Shown here piece by piece: positions 8,790-18,292 of a stretch of 43,985 bases of DNA. The notes beneath the pieces were generated by a model that was given only the letters and a program-made list of their open reading frames with translations, did not search any database and was not told the DNA's origin. Position numbers and translations under genes: made by a program. The stretch is from a virus (lineage: Duplodnaviria; Caudoviricetes). The stretch spans positions 1 to 43,985 of the IMG/VR virus record IMGVR_UViG_3300048599_000728; one strand, 5' to 3'. Every line of letters starts with the position of its first letter. Positions within the stretch are counted from its first letter, which is position 1.

Positions 8790-9431
8790 TCAGGTCAGGG
8801 TAAGGCGACGATGCTGCTGCATCGGCACGAAACGCGCGTAGCGATCATTCTCGATGCCCGCGAGCGCCTTGGCGCGGGCTTTCTGATTCACATCTGTGAC
8901 GGTATCGAACAGGGCGTTCGATCGTCCCTCATCCTGGCTTCGCGCCGTGACCCCCGCAACATGTCGCGTCACGATGCCGTCAGACGTCATCACCCGTTCC
9001 TCGTCGAACTCGGCCGACTTCATCGTCAGAAACACAGGATGGCCAAGCGGAGTGACCGCCCTGAGACCTTCCCCGCGCGCAACGTAGACCCGCCATATTG
9101 TCAGTGGGCGATCCTTGACCAGATCGGCATCGGCGCGCATCGCTTCCCAAAGATCCCTTGGAAGAAAGCCAAGGCGGAAAGTCAGCAGCGGACTTTCTCC
9201 GCCCCTGCCGTCAGGAATTTCCGGCAGTTCGAGCATCTGCTGATCGCCAATATAGAACCCTGTCCACCACTCGCCTCCGGCGTGTAGACGACCGTTCCCT
9301 TCCCACAGCCGGACCCGGTTCGGACTGCCATCAGCGCGATTGCCCGCGAAGTGGAAATCGAGTGCTCTTCTGGAAAACACGCTCGTCCCGCGCTCCATCG
9401 CGGCTTCCAGCGCATCGTAGAATGCGCTCAT
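8790..9431 (-). CDS. Minor tail (tail tip/hub) protein
   Basis: ATGA overlap with the upstream gene at 9428-9431; VRLWEGNGRL..GGEWW motif; synteny. Confidence 0.7.
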   Translation of the reverse strand: MSAFYDALEAAMERGTSVFSRRALDFHFAGNRADGSPNRVRLWEGNGRLHAGGEWWTGFYIGDQQMLELPEIPDGRGGESPLLTFRLGFLPRDLWEAMRADADLVKDRPLTIWRVYVARGEGLRAVTPLGHPVFLTMKSAEFDEERVMTSDGIVTRHVAGVTARSQDEGRSNALFDTVTDVNQKARAKALAGIENDRYARFVPMQQHRRLTLT

Positions 9432-10126
9432 GCCCGATACTCCATCAACGTGATCTGCCCCGGCGTCGTGAATTGCCCCCGATCGTGAAGCGCAAGAAAC
9501 TGCTGCATGCTCCGCCTGTCCACCTGAACCATAAGCCTGGGATAAAGGAGGCGGATGATCGCATTGTCCGCGATTGGAGCGATGAGCGGCAATCGGCACT
9601 CGATTGTGGCGACGGAGCCCGACCAGCTTATCTGGCGGACGCGATTGACCTGATGCTGATGGCCGAACAGATGGCCATGCCGAAGCACATGCCCATATCC
9701 GCCAACATCCACCTTAATGGTGACGTCACCCTCCTCGGCACCTCCAACGGTCCGGCCGGTCGGCACCAGCTTCAGGCCGGTTCCATCGGAATGATACGCC
9801 TCGACGCCGCCGGAGAGGTAGGGCAGAGGCGCGGGACATCCTGCGTAGCCCAGTTCAGAAAAACTCACTGTCTCGACATGGGGAGGCACCGTGAAGCAAA
9901 CGACCGTGCCGCCGGCGAGTTCGTCGGCGAGCCACCCATAGAGACGTGATGCTGTCCGGTTGCGCTGAAGATCGAACGACAGATCTACAGCCCATCTCCC
10001 TCCGGGTTCCGGAGATGAAAAAGCCACGCTGCCGCGCGTCAGCCCGCCATCGATATAGCTCGAGGCAGCGCGAACCTTGATCGCATCCGGCCTGATCTCT
10101 CTCGGCCAATCGATGAATTCGACCAT
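9428..10126 (-). CDS. Distal tail-like protein
   Basis: Immediately after the tape measure with TGATG coupling; beta-rich 232 aa. Confidence 0.7.
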   Translation of the reverse strand: MVEFIDWPREIRPDAIKVRAASSYIDGGLTRGSVAFSSPEPGGRWAVDLSFDLQRNRTASRLYGWLADELAGGTVVCFTVPPHVETVSFSELGYAGCPAPLPYLSGGVEAYHSDGTGLKLVPTGRTVGGAEEGDVTIKVDVGGYGHVLRHGHLFGHQHQVNRVRQISWSGSVATIECRLPLIAPIADNAIIRLLYPRLMVQVDRRSMQQFLALHDRGQFTTPGQITLMEYRA

Positions 10127-13100
10127 CAGGAAGCCTTACCGAACTTTTGATAGCTGCCCTGGACGTTCGGCAGCCCCTTTGCCATCTGACGGGTAGCAAG
10201 AGACGCCCCGGCCTGAGCTGACTGAAGCCCCATCTCACGGATCGCCACCTGAATCCTCATGTCGTCGTCGACGGTGACGCCGATCTGGCCCATCAGCACC
10301 ATTGGACCCGATGCGGTATCCTTGCGGTCCGACTGACGCAATTCCACCGGGATCCTTCGTCCGTCCGGCAATGGCACCGCAGCTTCAGGCCCGGCCTCAC
10401 CGAAAATCGCCGGGCGGTCGCTGATCCCGCCCTTCGCGAACAGTCCGATGCCGCCACCGAGAATGAACCTCGTTGCCAGTGGCGAGATCGAGTTCATGAA
10501 ACCGAACGAAGGCAGAAAGCCACCGCCGCCACCGAAGAGGCTGTTGAGCAGGCCAAACATGCCTCCGCCCTCGGTGCCTGATTTCATGAAGTTCTGGATG
10601 TTCTGGCCGAGATCGGCGACACCGCCACCGAAGGTGGTCAGCCCCTGCGCGGCGGACTGAAGGCCGAAGGCGGTCTGCCCGGTTGCGCCGCCAAATTTCT
10701 CCAGCGCTTGTTCCGCGCCGCGGAGCCGACCGGTGAAATTGTGCATGGCCTCGGGGTCAGCCCACGAAAAGCCCTTCGGACGCTCGAACCCGCCGAATGC
10801 AGCCGTCGCCTCCCGGACATCGCCGCTCTTGAGCAAGGCATCGAAGGCACGTCGTTCGGTGGTCTGAAGTTCTCTCCATGCCAGGCTCAATTGACCATGC
10901 ACGTCGCCGAGCATGTCGCGCCCGCCGCCGCGATTGCCCCAATGCTGGAACAGGCCGAATGCCTTGCCGCTATCGCCGATCGCCGACGGATTGAACCCGC
11001 TTTCGGCACGCACGTTGCCCATGATGCCTGCGATCTGGTGCGATGCCAGACCCTTTCCGGCGAAGAAATTCCAGACCTGAGATTCGACACTCCCGCCGGG
11101 CGCATTGGCATTTGCCGGCGCGAACATGCGCGCCACGCTTCCGCCTATACCCCCGAACGATCCGCCGACCGGCATGCCGTTGACGAGGACAGTGGCGGCC
11201 GAGACCGTCATGGTGCCGAGCGCGGAGGCATGGCCGAGACCTGACGCCGGGCTGGGGCCGCCAAACAGCGCCGAAAGGAACCCTCCAGCACCACCAACCC
11301 CCTTCAGCGTCGGCAGATCGGTCCCATAGATCGCGTTCTTGAGCGGGTTCTTTGCGGCGAGCGTCGTGAATTCTTTCAACAGATCGCTGGCAAGGCTCTT
11401 GGCAACGTCATCGATGTCCCTGAAACCGTTTCCGGCGCTATCGACGAGTTTGTCGATAGCGTCCATGCCGACGCCGCGGATTTCCTCCCAAACGCTGACG
11501 GTCTCGCGGAGCCGCTCGTTGAACCGGATTGCCGCAGCCTCGGCCGAGTTCAGGTCTTCGGCAAGGCCGGCGCTGCGAAGTTGTGAGGCAACACGCTGCT
11601 CCAGCGAGGAGCGCCCCATCTGACGTAGGTCGAAAGCGAGATCGTTGTTCAACTGCATCTGGGCGCGCAGTTCGGCCCCACGACGGTATTCGGCCGTCAT
11701 CTCCCGAATGCGGGCGATCTCGGCCTCGTCGACCTGCACGTTATTGCGGGCGGCTTCTTCGCGAACCTGCTGGAGCAGTTCGAATTCCATCCGAAGAGCT
11801 TCGGCCTCGACGCCGGTCTTGCCAATCAGATCGAGGTCGTGCCGTTGAGCAGCAAGCGTGGCATCGTAAGAGCGGAACCTCTCCTTCTGTGCTTCGGCGA
11901 GCTGGTGTTCGGCCGAGAGTTGGGCCATCAATCCGGCCTGTTCGATTTCCTGCCGGCGCAGGGCTCCACGAACGTCGTCGCTCACATTCGCGCGAGCGCG
12001 GGCCTCTGCTGCCGCTCGCTGCTCGGCGGGAGAGCGCGCGGACAACCCAAGAACATCGGCATCAAATCGAGCCTGATTGCGACCGAGCTCACGGTTGACA
12101 CCGAAGCGCCATGCTTGAAGAGAGGCTCGGTCATCGCTTGCCCAGCTTCCGCTCGATCGGAGCAGGCCGGACGCTCGATCGACATTCTGCCTGAGTTCGC
12201 GCTGAACCCTTTCGAAATCTTTCGCTGCCGTGGAATATTCAACCATCGCAGCAGCACTATCGAGGAGCGCCTTGGCCTGCTTGGTAAGTTCATCATTGTT
12301 TGGCTCAAGCATCCACCGATCGGTGATGCGCTTTCGGTAACCATCGACCTCGGGAATGCCCGCCGCTGCCGTTTTCCGCAGATACTCGATCGCATCGGCG
12401 AACTCCCTTACCTCGGATGGCAAGGTGTTCACCATTTCCCCAGTGCGCTGATCGTAGGCGGAAATCGCGGTGATCCCACCGAGGAAGGAACGCGCTTCGG
12501 TTCGCGCGAGCAGAGCAAGTTCGTCCTGGCTGAAGCGGCCACGAAGGCTCATCATGCCGGAGGTCTCGAACGACATCGACTTGATCTTGTCCGCAGCGAG
12601 GCCGTAACCCCGCTCCAACTCCTTCACGAGAGCAACTTGCCGAGCCAGCGAATCCTCGGCGCTGGGGCTCTCCGCCCGAAAGGCGCGATACATCAATGCT
12701 GCAGCACCGCCTGCTGCGATAAGCCCGGTCGTTACAAGGCCAACCGGTCCAAGCATGGATGCGACGGACCGCGCGGCACTGGCTGCACTATCCTTGATTG
12801 CCGCGATGGATCCTTTGACGCCGCCCTCGTTCTGCTGAAGCACCTGGAATATCTGACCGCCCTGCGATGCAGCGATCTGCTGCATCGGAGCACCCAGCAA
12901 CATCATGGTCAGCACGTCGTTTGCCTGATACGACATCTGCTGCCATTGGCCGGAATTAAGCTTTGCACCACCGGTTCCGGATGCGGCGAAAACCGACGCC
13001 GAATCCCGAGCGGAGGTTATCGCGCGGCCGATTCCAAAGCGGCCATTGAGGTCGGATGCAAAGTTGGCGCCGATCTGTTCCGTTCGCCATCTCGCGATCT

Positions 13101-13812
13101 GCTCCAGACGATCCATCTCAGCCTGGAAGACCTGCGCGCTATCGCGTGCTGCGCGCGCGGTCCCCTGCACTAGGCGCTCATTGAGTTCGGAAGAAAACGC
13201 TGCGCCGATCTGCTGCGCCCTCACTTCGGCAACACCTTCCATGCGGCGGAACTCAGCATCGAACACTGCCGCGCTGTCGCGCGCTCCACCCCCCTTTGGT
13301 GCTTGCACGCCAAGCACCCTGTTGTACTGGTCCTGGTTGCTGGCCGCGATTTGCCGGGCAACAGCGGCCTGCTGGTCCATGCGGGCCTGCGTGATTATGC
13401 TTGCCTGCATTTTGGCGTTATACCCATCGACGGCCTGCCCGAGCCGGACGTAGCCCTGCGCCGCGAGTTCGGCACCATTCGCAGTGAGGCCGAACTTGCC
13501 GTGCATCCCGGCAAGGATACGATCCGCATCCTGCATGCCGATCTTGCCGGTCTCAATTCCCTGATTGAGTTGGTTAATCGCCGACGCGAAACGTTCCGCA
13601 TCACGGTAACCGGCGACATACTGGCGGCTCAGGCGCGCCACCACATCGCCACCCTGGCTGACCTTGCCGTTCTGAAGCTCGATGGTGTGCGACAGACGCG
13701 AGACGGCAGCCCCGGCGGATGCGCTGGACTGTTCGACCGCCCTGTTGCCGGCGACGAAGCGCGTGCTGTCGTGCTCCGAGGTGACGCGGAGTTGGGAAAG
13801 ACGAATGGTCAT
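10126..13812 (-). CDS. Tape measure protein with phage tail lysozyme domain
   Basis: 1228 aa, Ala/Gln-rich helical; QMSYQANDV...QGGQIF motif; IAGIMGNVRAESGFNP...GLFQHW lysozyme motif; FAKGG...GEAGPEA C-terminal motif. Confidence 0.92.
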   Translation of the reverse strand: MTIRLSQLRVTSEHDSTRFVAGNRAVEQSSASAGAAVSRLSHTIELQNGKVSQGGDVVARLSRQYVAGYRDAERFASAINQLNQGIETGKIGMQDADRILAGMHGKFGLTANGAELAAQGYVRLGQAVDGYNAKMQASIITQARMDQQAAVARQIAASNQDQYNRVLGVQAPKGGGARDSAAVFDAEFRRMEGVAEVRAQQIGAAFSSELNERLVQGTARAARDSAQVFQAEMDRLEQIARWRTEQIGANFASDLNGRFGIGRAITSARDSASVFAASGTGGAKLNSGQWQQMSYQANDVLTMMLLGAPMQQIAASQGGQIFQVLQQNEGGVKGSIAAIKDSAASAARSVASMLGPVGLVTTGLIAAGGAAALMYRAFRAESPSAEDSLARQVALVKELERGYGLAADKIKSMSFETSGMMSLRGRFSQDELALLARTEARSFLGGITAISAYDQRTGEMVNTLPSEVREFADAIEYLRKTAAAGIPEVDGYRKRITDRWMLEPNNDELTKQAKALLDSAAAMVEYSTAAKDFERVQRELRQNVDRASGLLRSSGSWASDDRASLQAWRFGVNRELGRNQARFDADVLGLSARSPAEQRAAAEARARANVSDDVRGALRRQEIEQAGLMAQLSAEHQLAEAQKERFRSYDATLAAQRHDLDLIGKTGVEAEALRMEFELLQQVREEAARNNVQVDEAEIARIREMTAEYRRGAELRAQMQLNNDLAFDLRQMGRSSLEQRVASQLRSAGLAEDLNSAEAAAIRFNERLRETVSVWEEIRGVGMDAIDKLVDSAGNGFRDIDDVAKSLASDLLKEFTTLAAKNPLKNAIYGTDLPTLKGVGGAGGFLSALFGGPSPASGLGHASALGTMTVSAATVLVNGMPVGGSFGGIGGSVARMFAPANANAPGGSVESQVWNFFAGKGLASHQIAGIMGNVRAESGFNPSAIGDSGKAFGLFQHWGNRGGGRDMLGDVHGQLSLAWRELQTTERRAFDALLKSGDVREATAAFGGFERPKGFSWADPEAMHNFTGRLRGAEQALEKFGGATGQTAFGLQSAAQGLTTFGGGVADLGQNIQNFMKSGTEGGGMFGLLNSLFGGGGGFLPSFGFMNSISPLATRFILGGGIGLFAKGGISDRPAIFGEAGPEAAVPLPDGRRIPVELRQSDRKDTASGPMVLMGQIGVTVDDDMRIQVAIREMGLQSAQAGASLATRQMAKGLPNVQGSYQKFGKAS

Positions 13813-13881
13813 CGATACCTGCGCAGATTGAAAGAGCGCCTGTTGCGCTCTACGCTGCCGCTTTCCGGCTGGGAGGTGACA

Positions 13882-14196
13882 ATGCGGCTATTGGTGACGG
13901 GTGCGCTGCTGGGCGCGATGCTGACCGCGACGTCAGCGCAGACCATTATGGACGGGTCTGGTGCGGATCTCGATCAGGAACTCGTTCGGAACATACTAGA
14001 AGAGGTTTCAAGCCAGTTTGTGGACCCATATTCAACGCAATTCACTAACCTGCGACCATGGAGAACGGATGCCGGCTCTATCTGCGGTCTCGTAAATGCC
14101 AAAAATCGGGCTGGAGGATACGTAGGGTTCCAGCCGTTTCGTTACATCATCGAGCAGAGGCGAGCGTACATTCACAGCACGACCGGGTGTAAATGA
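13882..14196 (+). CDS. Exported/periplasmic moron protein
   Basis: GGAGG RBS, ATG 13882, signal peptide MRLLVTGALLGAMLTATSA; DPYSTQF...CGLVNAKNRAGGYVGF motif; opposite strand to the tail operon. Confidence 0.8.
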   Translation: MRLLVTGALLGAMLTATSAQTIMDGSGADLDQELVRNILEEVSSQFVDPYSTQFTNLRPWRTDAGSICGLVNAKNRAGGYVGFQPFRYIIEQRRAYIHSTTGCK

Positions 14197-14220
14197 TTGA
14201 CAGAGAAGGATGGCGGAACG

Positions 14221-14586
14221 TCATCTGCCACCCGATTCTTTAGCCCTCTCCGCTCTCCACTTCATCCACTCGTCGTCTATGGCGTTCACCAGCCGCAAGA
14301 AGCGGTCGAAAGCATCGCTCTCGATGCCGTACCGACGCGCATAGGCGTCGATCGCGAGGAAGCTGATCGGGCTCTCGCCGCCCAATGCGCCGTACTGCCG
14401 ATCGTAGCGCAAAGCCTCGAACGCCCGCCAGTAGAAGTCGTGCCAGAGTTCCGGCGCGGCATCCTCGGGCGGTTTGGGAATCGCCGCCGGTGCGATCTCG
14501 CCGGGATATTCGGTCGCCAGTTTCTCCAGCCATTTGGACGGGCCTTCCCCTGACAATCGCCAGCGGAAGGCCGCTTTCAGTTTTTT
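14221..14586 (-). CDS. Tail assembly chaperone C-terminal extension (GT-like), expressed by -1 frameshift
   Basis: Open -1 frame after the slippery site; FYWRAFEALRYDRQYG...PISFLAIDAYARRYG. Confidence 0.78.
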   Translation of the reverse strand, partial: KKLKAAFRWRLSGEGPSKWLEKLATEYPGEIAPAAIPKPPEDAAPELWHDFYWRAFEALRYDRQYGALGGESPISFLAIDAYARRYGIESDAFDRFLRLVNAIDDEWMKWRAERAKESGGR

Positions 14587-15014
14587 GCCGCGCTCTCGGT
14601 GAACTCGACCTGTTTCTTGCCGACCCGTCCGGCGCACCAGAACACCATCGAGCGCAGCGCGCGATGCTCCTCGGCTGTAGCGGCCTCCAGGGCCGCCGGC
14701 GCTGAATACTCGACATCGAGGCCACGCCACCCGAGAAGCAGATGCTCGACCGCCAGTTCACCGTCGACCCGCGTCGCGACTGCCTGCGGCACGTCGTCAT
14801 TCGGATAGTCGGCCTTCAGTTTCTCCAGCGCCTTCTGGCGCGCGCTGACATAGGCCGGAAAATTGGTGGAGCGGACGAGGAAAGCGAGGCCGGGAACGGC
14901 GACAGCCTCATACGGTTTCACAGGGTTCAGGCCGGGCCATTCCTTGACCTCGACCCATTCGCCTTCGCGCTCGAGCGTAAGGTCTACCGCAAGCGAAGAA
15001 AGCTTGATCGTCAT
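14577..15014 (-). CDS. Tail assembly chaperone (G-like)
   Basis: AGGAG RBS, start MTIKLSS; between tail tube and tape measure; LLGWRG motif; ends AKN*. Confidence 0.82.
   Translation of the reverse strand: MTIKLSSLAVDLTLEREGEWVEVKEWPGLNPVKPYEAVAVPGLAFLVRSTNFPAYVSARQKALEKLKADYPNDDVPQAVATRVDGELAVEHLLLGWRGLDVEYSAPAALEAATAEEHRALRSMVFWCAGRVGKKQVEFTESAAKN
14580..14586 (-). other. -1 ribosomal frameshift slippery heptamer A AAA AAC
   Basis: GCA AAA AAC TGA at the chaperone 3' end; the downstream ORF is in the -1 frame. Confidence 0.8.
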
Positions 15015-15106
15015 AATAGTGCTCCTGTCGGGGAGGGGTGCGGGCGCGCGCCGACACACGCGCCCGCTGTTGTCGCGACAAACCTCCGGTGTCGGCCGGG
15101 ATAGCG

Positions 15107-16594
15107 TCAGACGTAGTATTCGAACCGGTCGCAGATCATGTGCGCGGACGTCAGTTCGTCCTTCGACGCGCTGCCAACCAGAGGCAAAAGTACGTCCTGG
15201 TTCTTGCCGCCCGCGGAGGGCGCGCCGTCGGTGAACGTGATGCGCGGGAAGCCAAAAACCAGCGCCTGATTGTCCTTGGCGATCCGCGTGTTGATGTTGG
15301 TCGGGGTCTGGCTGAACAGCTTCGCCAGAAGCTCGTTCGACCCGAAATAGGTCGGCGTGTTCAACGTGACCATAAATTCGCCCTTGCCGATGTCGACCGG
15401 GCCGACCTCCTCGCCACAGGTCAGACCAGCAATCGGGCGCAGGTTGTTGTTGACGGTCACCTGAAGCGACTGCATCCAGTTCGGTTTCGACAGGCAGACA
15501 CCGTTCTCGGCAATGCGGCCGACATCGACGCCGGCAGCCATCACGCGGTTCGTAGTGGCTGGATCGGGTGTCGGATCGAGCGACACGGTCGACTGCGAGC
15601 CACGCAGGCCGGTGAATGTGAACGAGTAAGTCGCCTTGTCCTCGGTCACGAAGTTGAACTGCGCCTGCCCGACCACCATGCCGCTCTGCACGATGTAGGT
15701 CGGCACCTGCTGCCCCATGAATCCGCGCTCGATCGTGCCGCCGAAGGTGGCGACACCGTTCTTGATCTGGTCGCCCACGAACAGCTGGATCGTCTTGCCT
15801 GCGCCGTCATCGACCGCCCAGCCGGCGGGGATGTTGTCGAGCGTGATCTTGTTCTGCGCAACGGCCGTGACGCGCGCCCATGCACTGCGGCGAGCCACAG
15901 CACCGGCAGCCACCAGAAACGCGAAGGTCGTTGCATCCGCTGCGCCACCGATCTTGATCCACCGGCCCGGCGTCAGACCGAAGTTGCGCAGATCGATTGC
16001 GGTCGACGCGATGCCATCCGCGACAGTCTCCAGATCACCGGCAGCGCCCTGGATGCCGACGACCTTCATACGAGCGGACGCAGCCGGGGCCGCTTCAGCC
16101 GTGAAGCCTGCACCGAGAAAGGTCGGGACTGTATCGCTGCCGGTGGTGCACAGGAACAGGCCGTTGTTCGACGCCGCGCCGAAGCCGGTGAACCGCACCA
16201 GTTGCCCGGCCACGAATGCAGGACCCGCAACGACCGTCACGACATCGGTGGTATCGGCAACGCCGGTGATCACGCTGTCGGCGACACCGTCATTGTCGCG
16301 GAGTGGAGTGTTGACCCATTCGGCGCAGAACAGCGAACGGAACCAGCTCGAGAGCGGCGACCCGTCGACCGGGAAGGAGAGTTCGCCGTTCACCGGGCCG
16401 CCATTGGTCTCGTTGACCTTGATGGGATCCGAACTCATGCGGTCATCACGGATCTCATCCGAATTCACGAAGACCGGCTGATAGGCAAGCGTCTCCCCCG
16501 TGAACCGGCACGCCCGCATGCGCGGGTTGGCGGGAGTGACGCCGAGCGTCATCTCGTCGACATAGGTCATTCGCGTCCTGTTGCTGTCCGTCAT
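15107..16594 (-). CDS. Major tail tube protein (with inserted beta domain)
   Basis: GGAGG RBS; EMTLGVTPANP...RFTGETL...SDEIRDDR N-terminal tube motif; position before the chaperones. Confidence 0.82.
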   Translation of the reverse strand: MTDSNRTRMTYVDEMTLGVTPANPRMRACRFTGETLAYQPVFVNSDEIRDDRMSSDPIKVNETNGGPVNGELSFPVDGSPLSSWFRSLFCAEWVNTPLRDNDGVADSVITGVADTTDVVTVVAGPAFVAGQLVRFTGFGAASNNGLFLCTTGSDTVPTFLGAGFTAEAAPAASARMKVVGIQGAAGDLETVADGIASTAIDLRNFGLTPGRWIKIGGAADATTFAFLVAAGAVARRSAWARVTAVAQNKITLDNIPAGWAVDDGAGKTIQLFVGDQIKNGVATFGGTIERGFMGQQVPTYIVQSGMVVGQAQFNFVTEDKATYSFTFTGLRGSQSTVSLDPTPDPATTNRVMAAGVDVGRIAENGVCLSKPNWMQSLQVTVNNNLRPIAGLTCGEEVGPVDIGKGEFMVTLNTPTYFGSNELLAKLFSQTPTNINTRIAKDNQALVFGFPRITFTDGAPSAGGKNQDVLLPLVGSASKDELTSAHMICDRFEYYV

Positions 16595-16666
16595 TGGATG
16601 CCTCCATGGCAAAGGGCCGCCGGGACAGGCCGGACGGTCACAGGTGGGAGATGGAAAGAGTTGAGG

Positions 16667-16852
16667 TCAGCGCGCCTTGCGCGAGCGGGGTGTCGGGCGG
16701 TCGGGACGGGCGGCCGGAAGTGGCTCGATATACCCGGCATCGCGCAGGCTTTCGAATGTATGCGGAGCGAGGTCGTCGCGCGGCGAGACCTCGTCTCTGG
16801 CGCGGAAGCGCCGCAGTTGGGTCGTGAAAGACTGCTTGACGGTCGCCATCAT
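16667..16852 (-). CDS. Small hypothetical protein
   Basis: ATGA overlap with the tail terminator stop; 61 aa. Confidence 0.55.
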   Translation of the reverse strand: MMATVKQSFTTQLRRFRARDEVSPRDDLAPHTFESLRDAGYIEPLPAARPDRPTPRSRKAR

Positions 16853-17259
16853 TCGTCCCTTTCCCAGTTGATCGTGACGGTCATTGCCCAATAGTTCGGG
16901 AACGACCGGCCCGGTTCACCAGCGCCGATCGACCCCCCGACAAAATGAACACCGTCGATGTCCTCGCCGCGGAACAGCCCGGCAAGTTGCTTGCCGTACT
17001 GGCGCGCAAGGCTGGTGCCGATGCCGTTTTTCGTCATGACATGCAGGTAGAGCTGACCGCCCTCGCGCCAGAGATTGTCACTGCGCGGCTCAGCGCCTAT
17101 CGACGCCTGCTCGTAGAAATCGCCAAAAACTTCGACATAGACGAAGTGAGCAGGTTCATCCGGCAATTGCCAATCGGTATTCTCGAATACCAGCGGCGTC
17201 GTCGTCCAGCTGCCGTTGAGCGTTTGCTCGACGATGTTGAAGGTTTCCGGACTCGACAT
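16849..17259 (-). CDS. Tail terminator-like protein
   Basis: Start MSSPETF; WTTTPLVFEN...WREGGQLYLHV; synteny. Confidence 0.72.
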   Translation of the reverse strand: MSSPETFNIVEQTLNGSWTTTPLVFENTDWQLPDEPAHFVYVEVFGDFYEQASIGAEPRSDNLWREGGQLYLHVMTKNGIGTSLARQYGKQLAGLFRGEDIDGVHFVGGSIGAGEPGRSFPNYWAMTVTINWERDE

Positions 17260-17261
17260 GC

Positions 17262-17954
17262 TCACACCATGTTCATGATGATGGCTGGATAGGTGATAGC
17301 CTGCCCGGGCATTCGGTCGGCGCGGGGCGTCAGTGCGGTGCGGCCAGCGCGATAAGCACTCGATCGCAGATCCTTCGCCGCCAGCCTGACCCGGCCACCG
17401 GTCTTCAGAATGTAGGGCATCTGTGCATGGACGCCGGGTTGGAACGATAAGAAGCGGGTTTCGGCCCGGATGACCCCGTAATACTTCCGGCTCAACCAAT
17501 TCTTGGTGCCGTCGAACTGCCTGCGGCGGGGAACGCCAAGATTGCCTGCCTCGACGTGCCGGATATAGGGCCGGAAGTTGGTGATGATCACCTCATCGTC
17601 GGCGCCGATCGAGCGGAAATCGGTGGCGATCCTCCCCTTGACGATCGCGATGAACGAGGACGCGAACTTGCCGGATCGCCGCGGGGCGCGTTTCTGAAGC
17701 TCACCAAGAGCCGACGCGATGATGACCGGCCAGTCGTTGAACACGTATACGATCGGGCCGGGTGCGATGACCGCTTCCTCCGACAAGCCGCGCTGCGCGT
17801 TAACGAAGCGGTCGAACTGGTCGGAGGCTTCCCCGCCACTGATTGCTTTGCCGAGCTCATCCCGCGCAAATTTCGCCAGCGCGGCGTTGATTGCCTCGCC
17901 AGTCAGCTGTTCGGTGGCAAGCCGCAGATCACGAGCATAGAATTCGAGGCTCAT
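17262..17954 (-). CDS. Neck/tail completion protein (HK97 gp10-like position)
   Basis: APRRSGKFASS and NFRPYIRHVE motifs; synteny. Confidence 0.65.
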   Translation of the reverse strand: MSLEFYARDLRLATEQLTGEAINAALAKFARDELGKAISGGEASDQFDRFVNAQRGLSEEAVIAPGPIVYVFNDWPVIIASALGELQKRAPRRSGKFASSFIAIVKGRIATDFRSIGADDEVIITNFRPYIRHVEAGNLGVPRRRQFDGTKNWLSRKYYGVIRAETRFLSFQPGVHAQMPYILKTGGRVRLAAKDLRSSAYRAGRTALTPRADRMPGQAITYPAIIMNMV

Positions 17955-18292
17955 CCGGCTACCACGAGGTCAACGCGCACCAGAACATTGGCGAGGAGAA
18001 TGGGCTTCACGGCTTCAACATTTCGCTCCCGGCCCGCGATCACCGTCTTGTCGTTCTTGCGCAATGGCCACAGAGCCGAAAGTCCGGCCGGACCAATGAC
18101 AACTGTTGATGCGGTCTGCGTGATAGTTCCGATCATCTCCTCGGCCTTCACCGCACGGACGAACGCGCGAACGGTCAGGTCGGTCTTCGGGCGAGGTTCC
18201 CCGGTTGGCGCCGTGTAGCGCCGCACCACGATATCCTCCCCGTGTTGCGAAAGCTGGCGGTCGAGCATGGCGATAGCATGTTGAGGTGTCAC
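17951..18292 (-). CDS. Head closure / head-tail adaptor
   Basis: GTGA overlap with the upstream stop; ~113 aa beta-rich; synteny. Confidence 0.68.
   Translation of the reverse strand: MTPQHAIAMLDRQLSQHGEDIVVRRYTAPTGEPRPKTDLTVRAFVRAVKAEEMIGTITQTASTVVIGPAGLSALWPLRKNDKTVIAGRERNVEAVKPILLANVLVRVDLVVAG

Noticed and set aside
13303-13881. N-terminal extension of the 13303-14196 ORF
   Set aside because: Overlaps the tape measure gene antisense; the real start is ATG 13882 with GGAGG and a signal peptide
15038-16894. Long plus-strand ORFs (e.g. 15038-16894, 19789-21102, 28844-30277, 11839-13173)
   Set aside because: Antisense shadows of well-supported minus-strand genes in high-GC DNA; Arg/Gly-rich with no motifs
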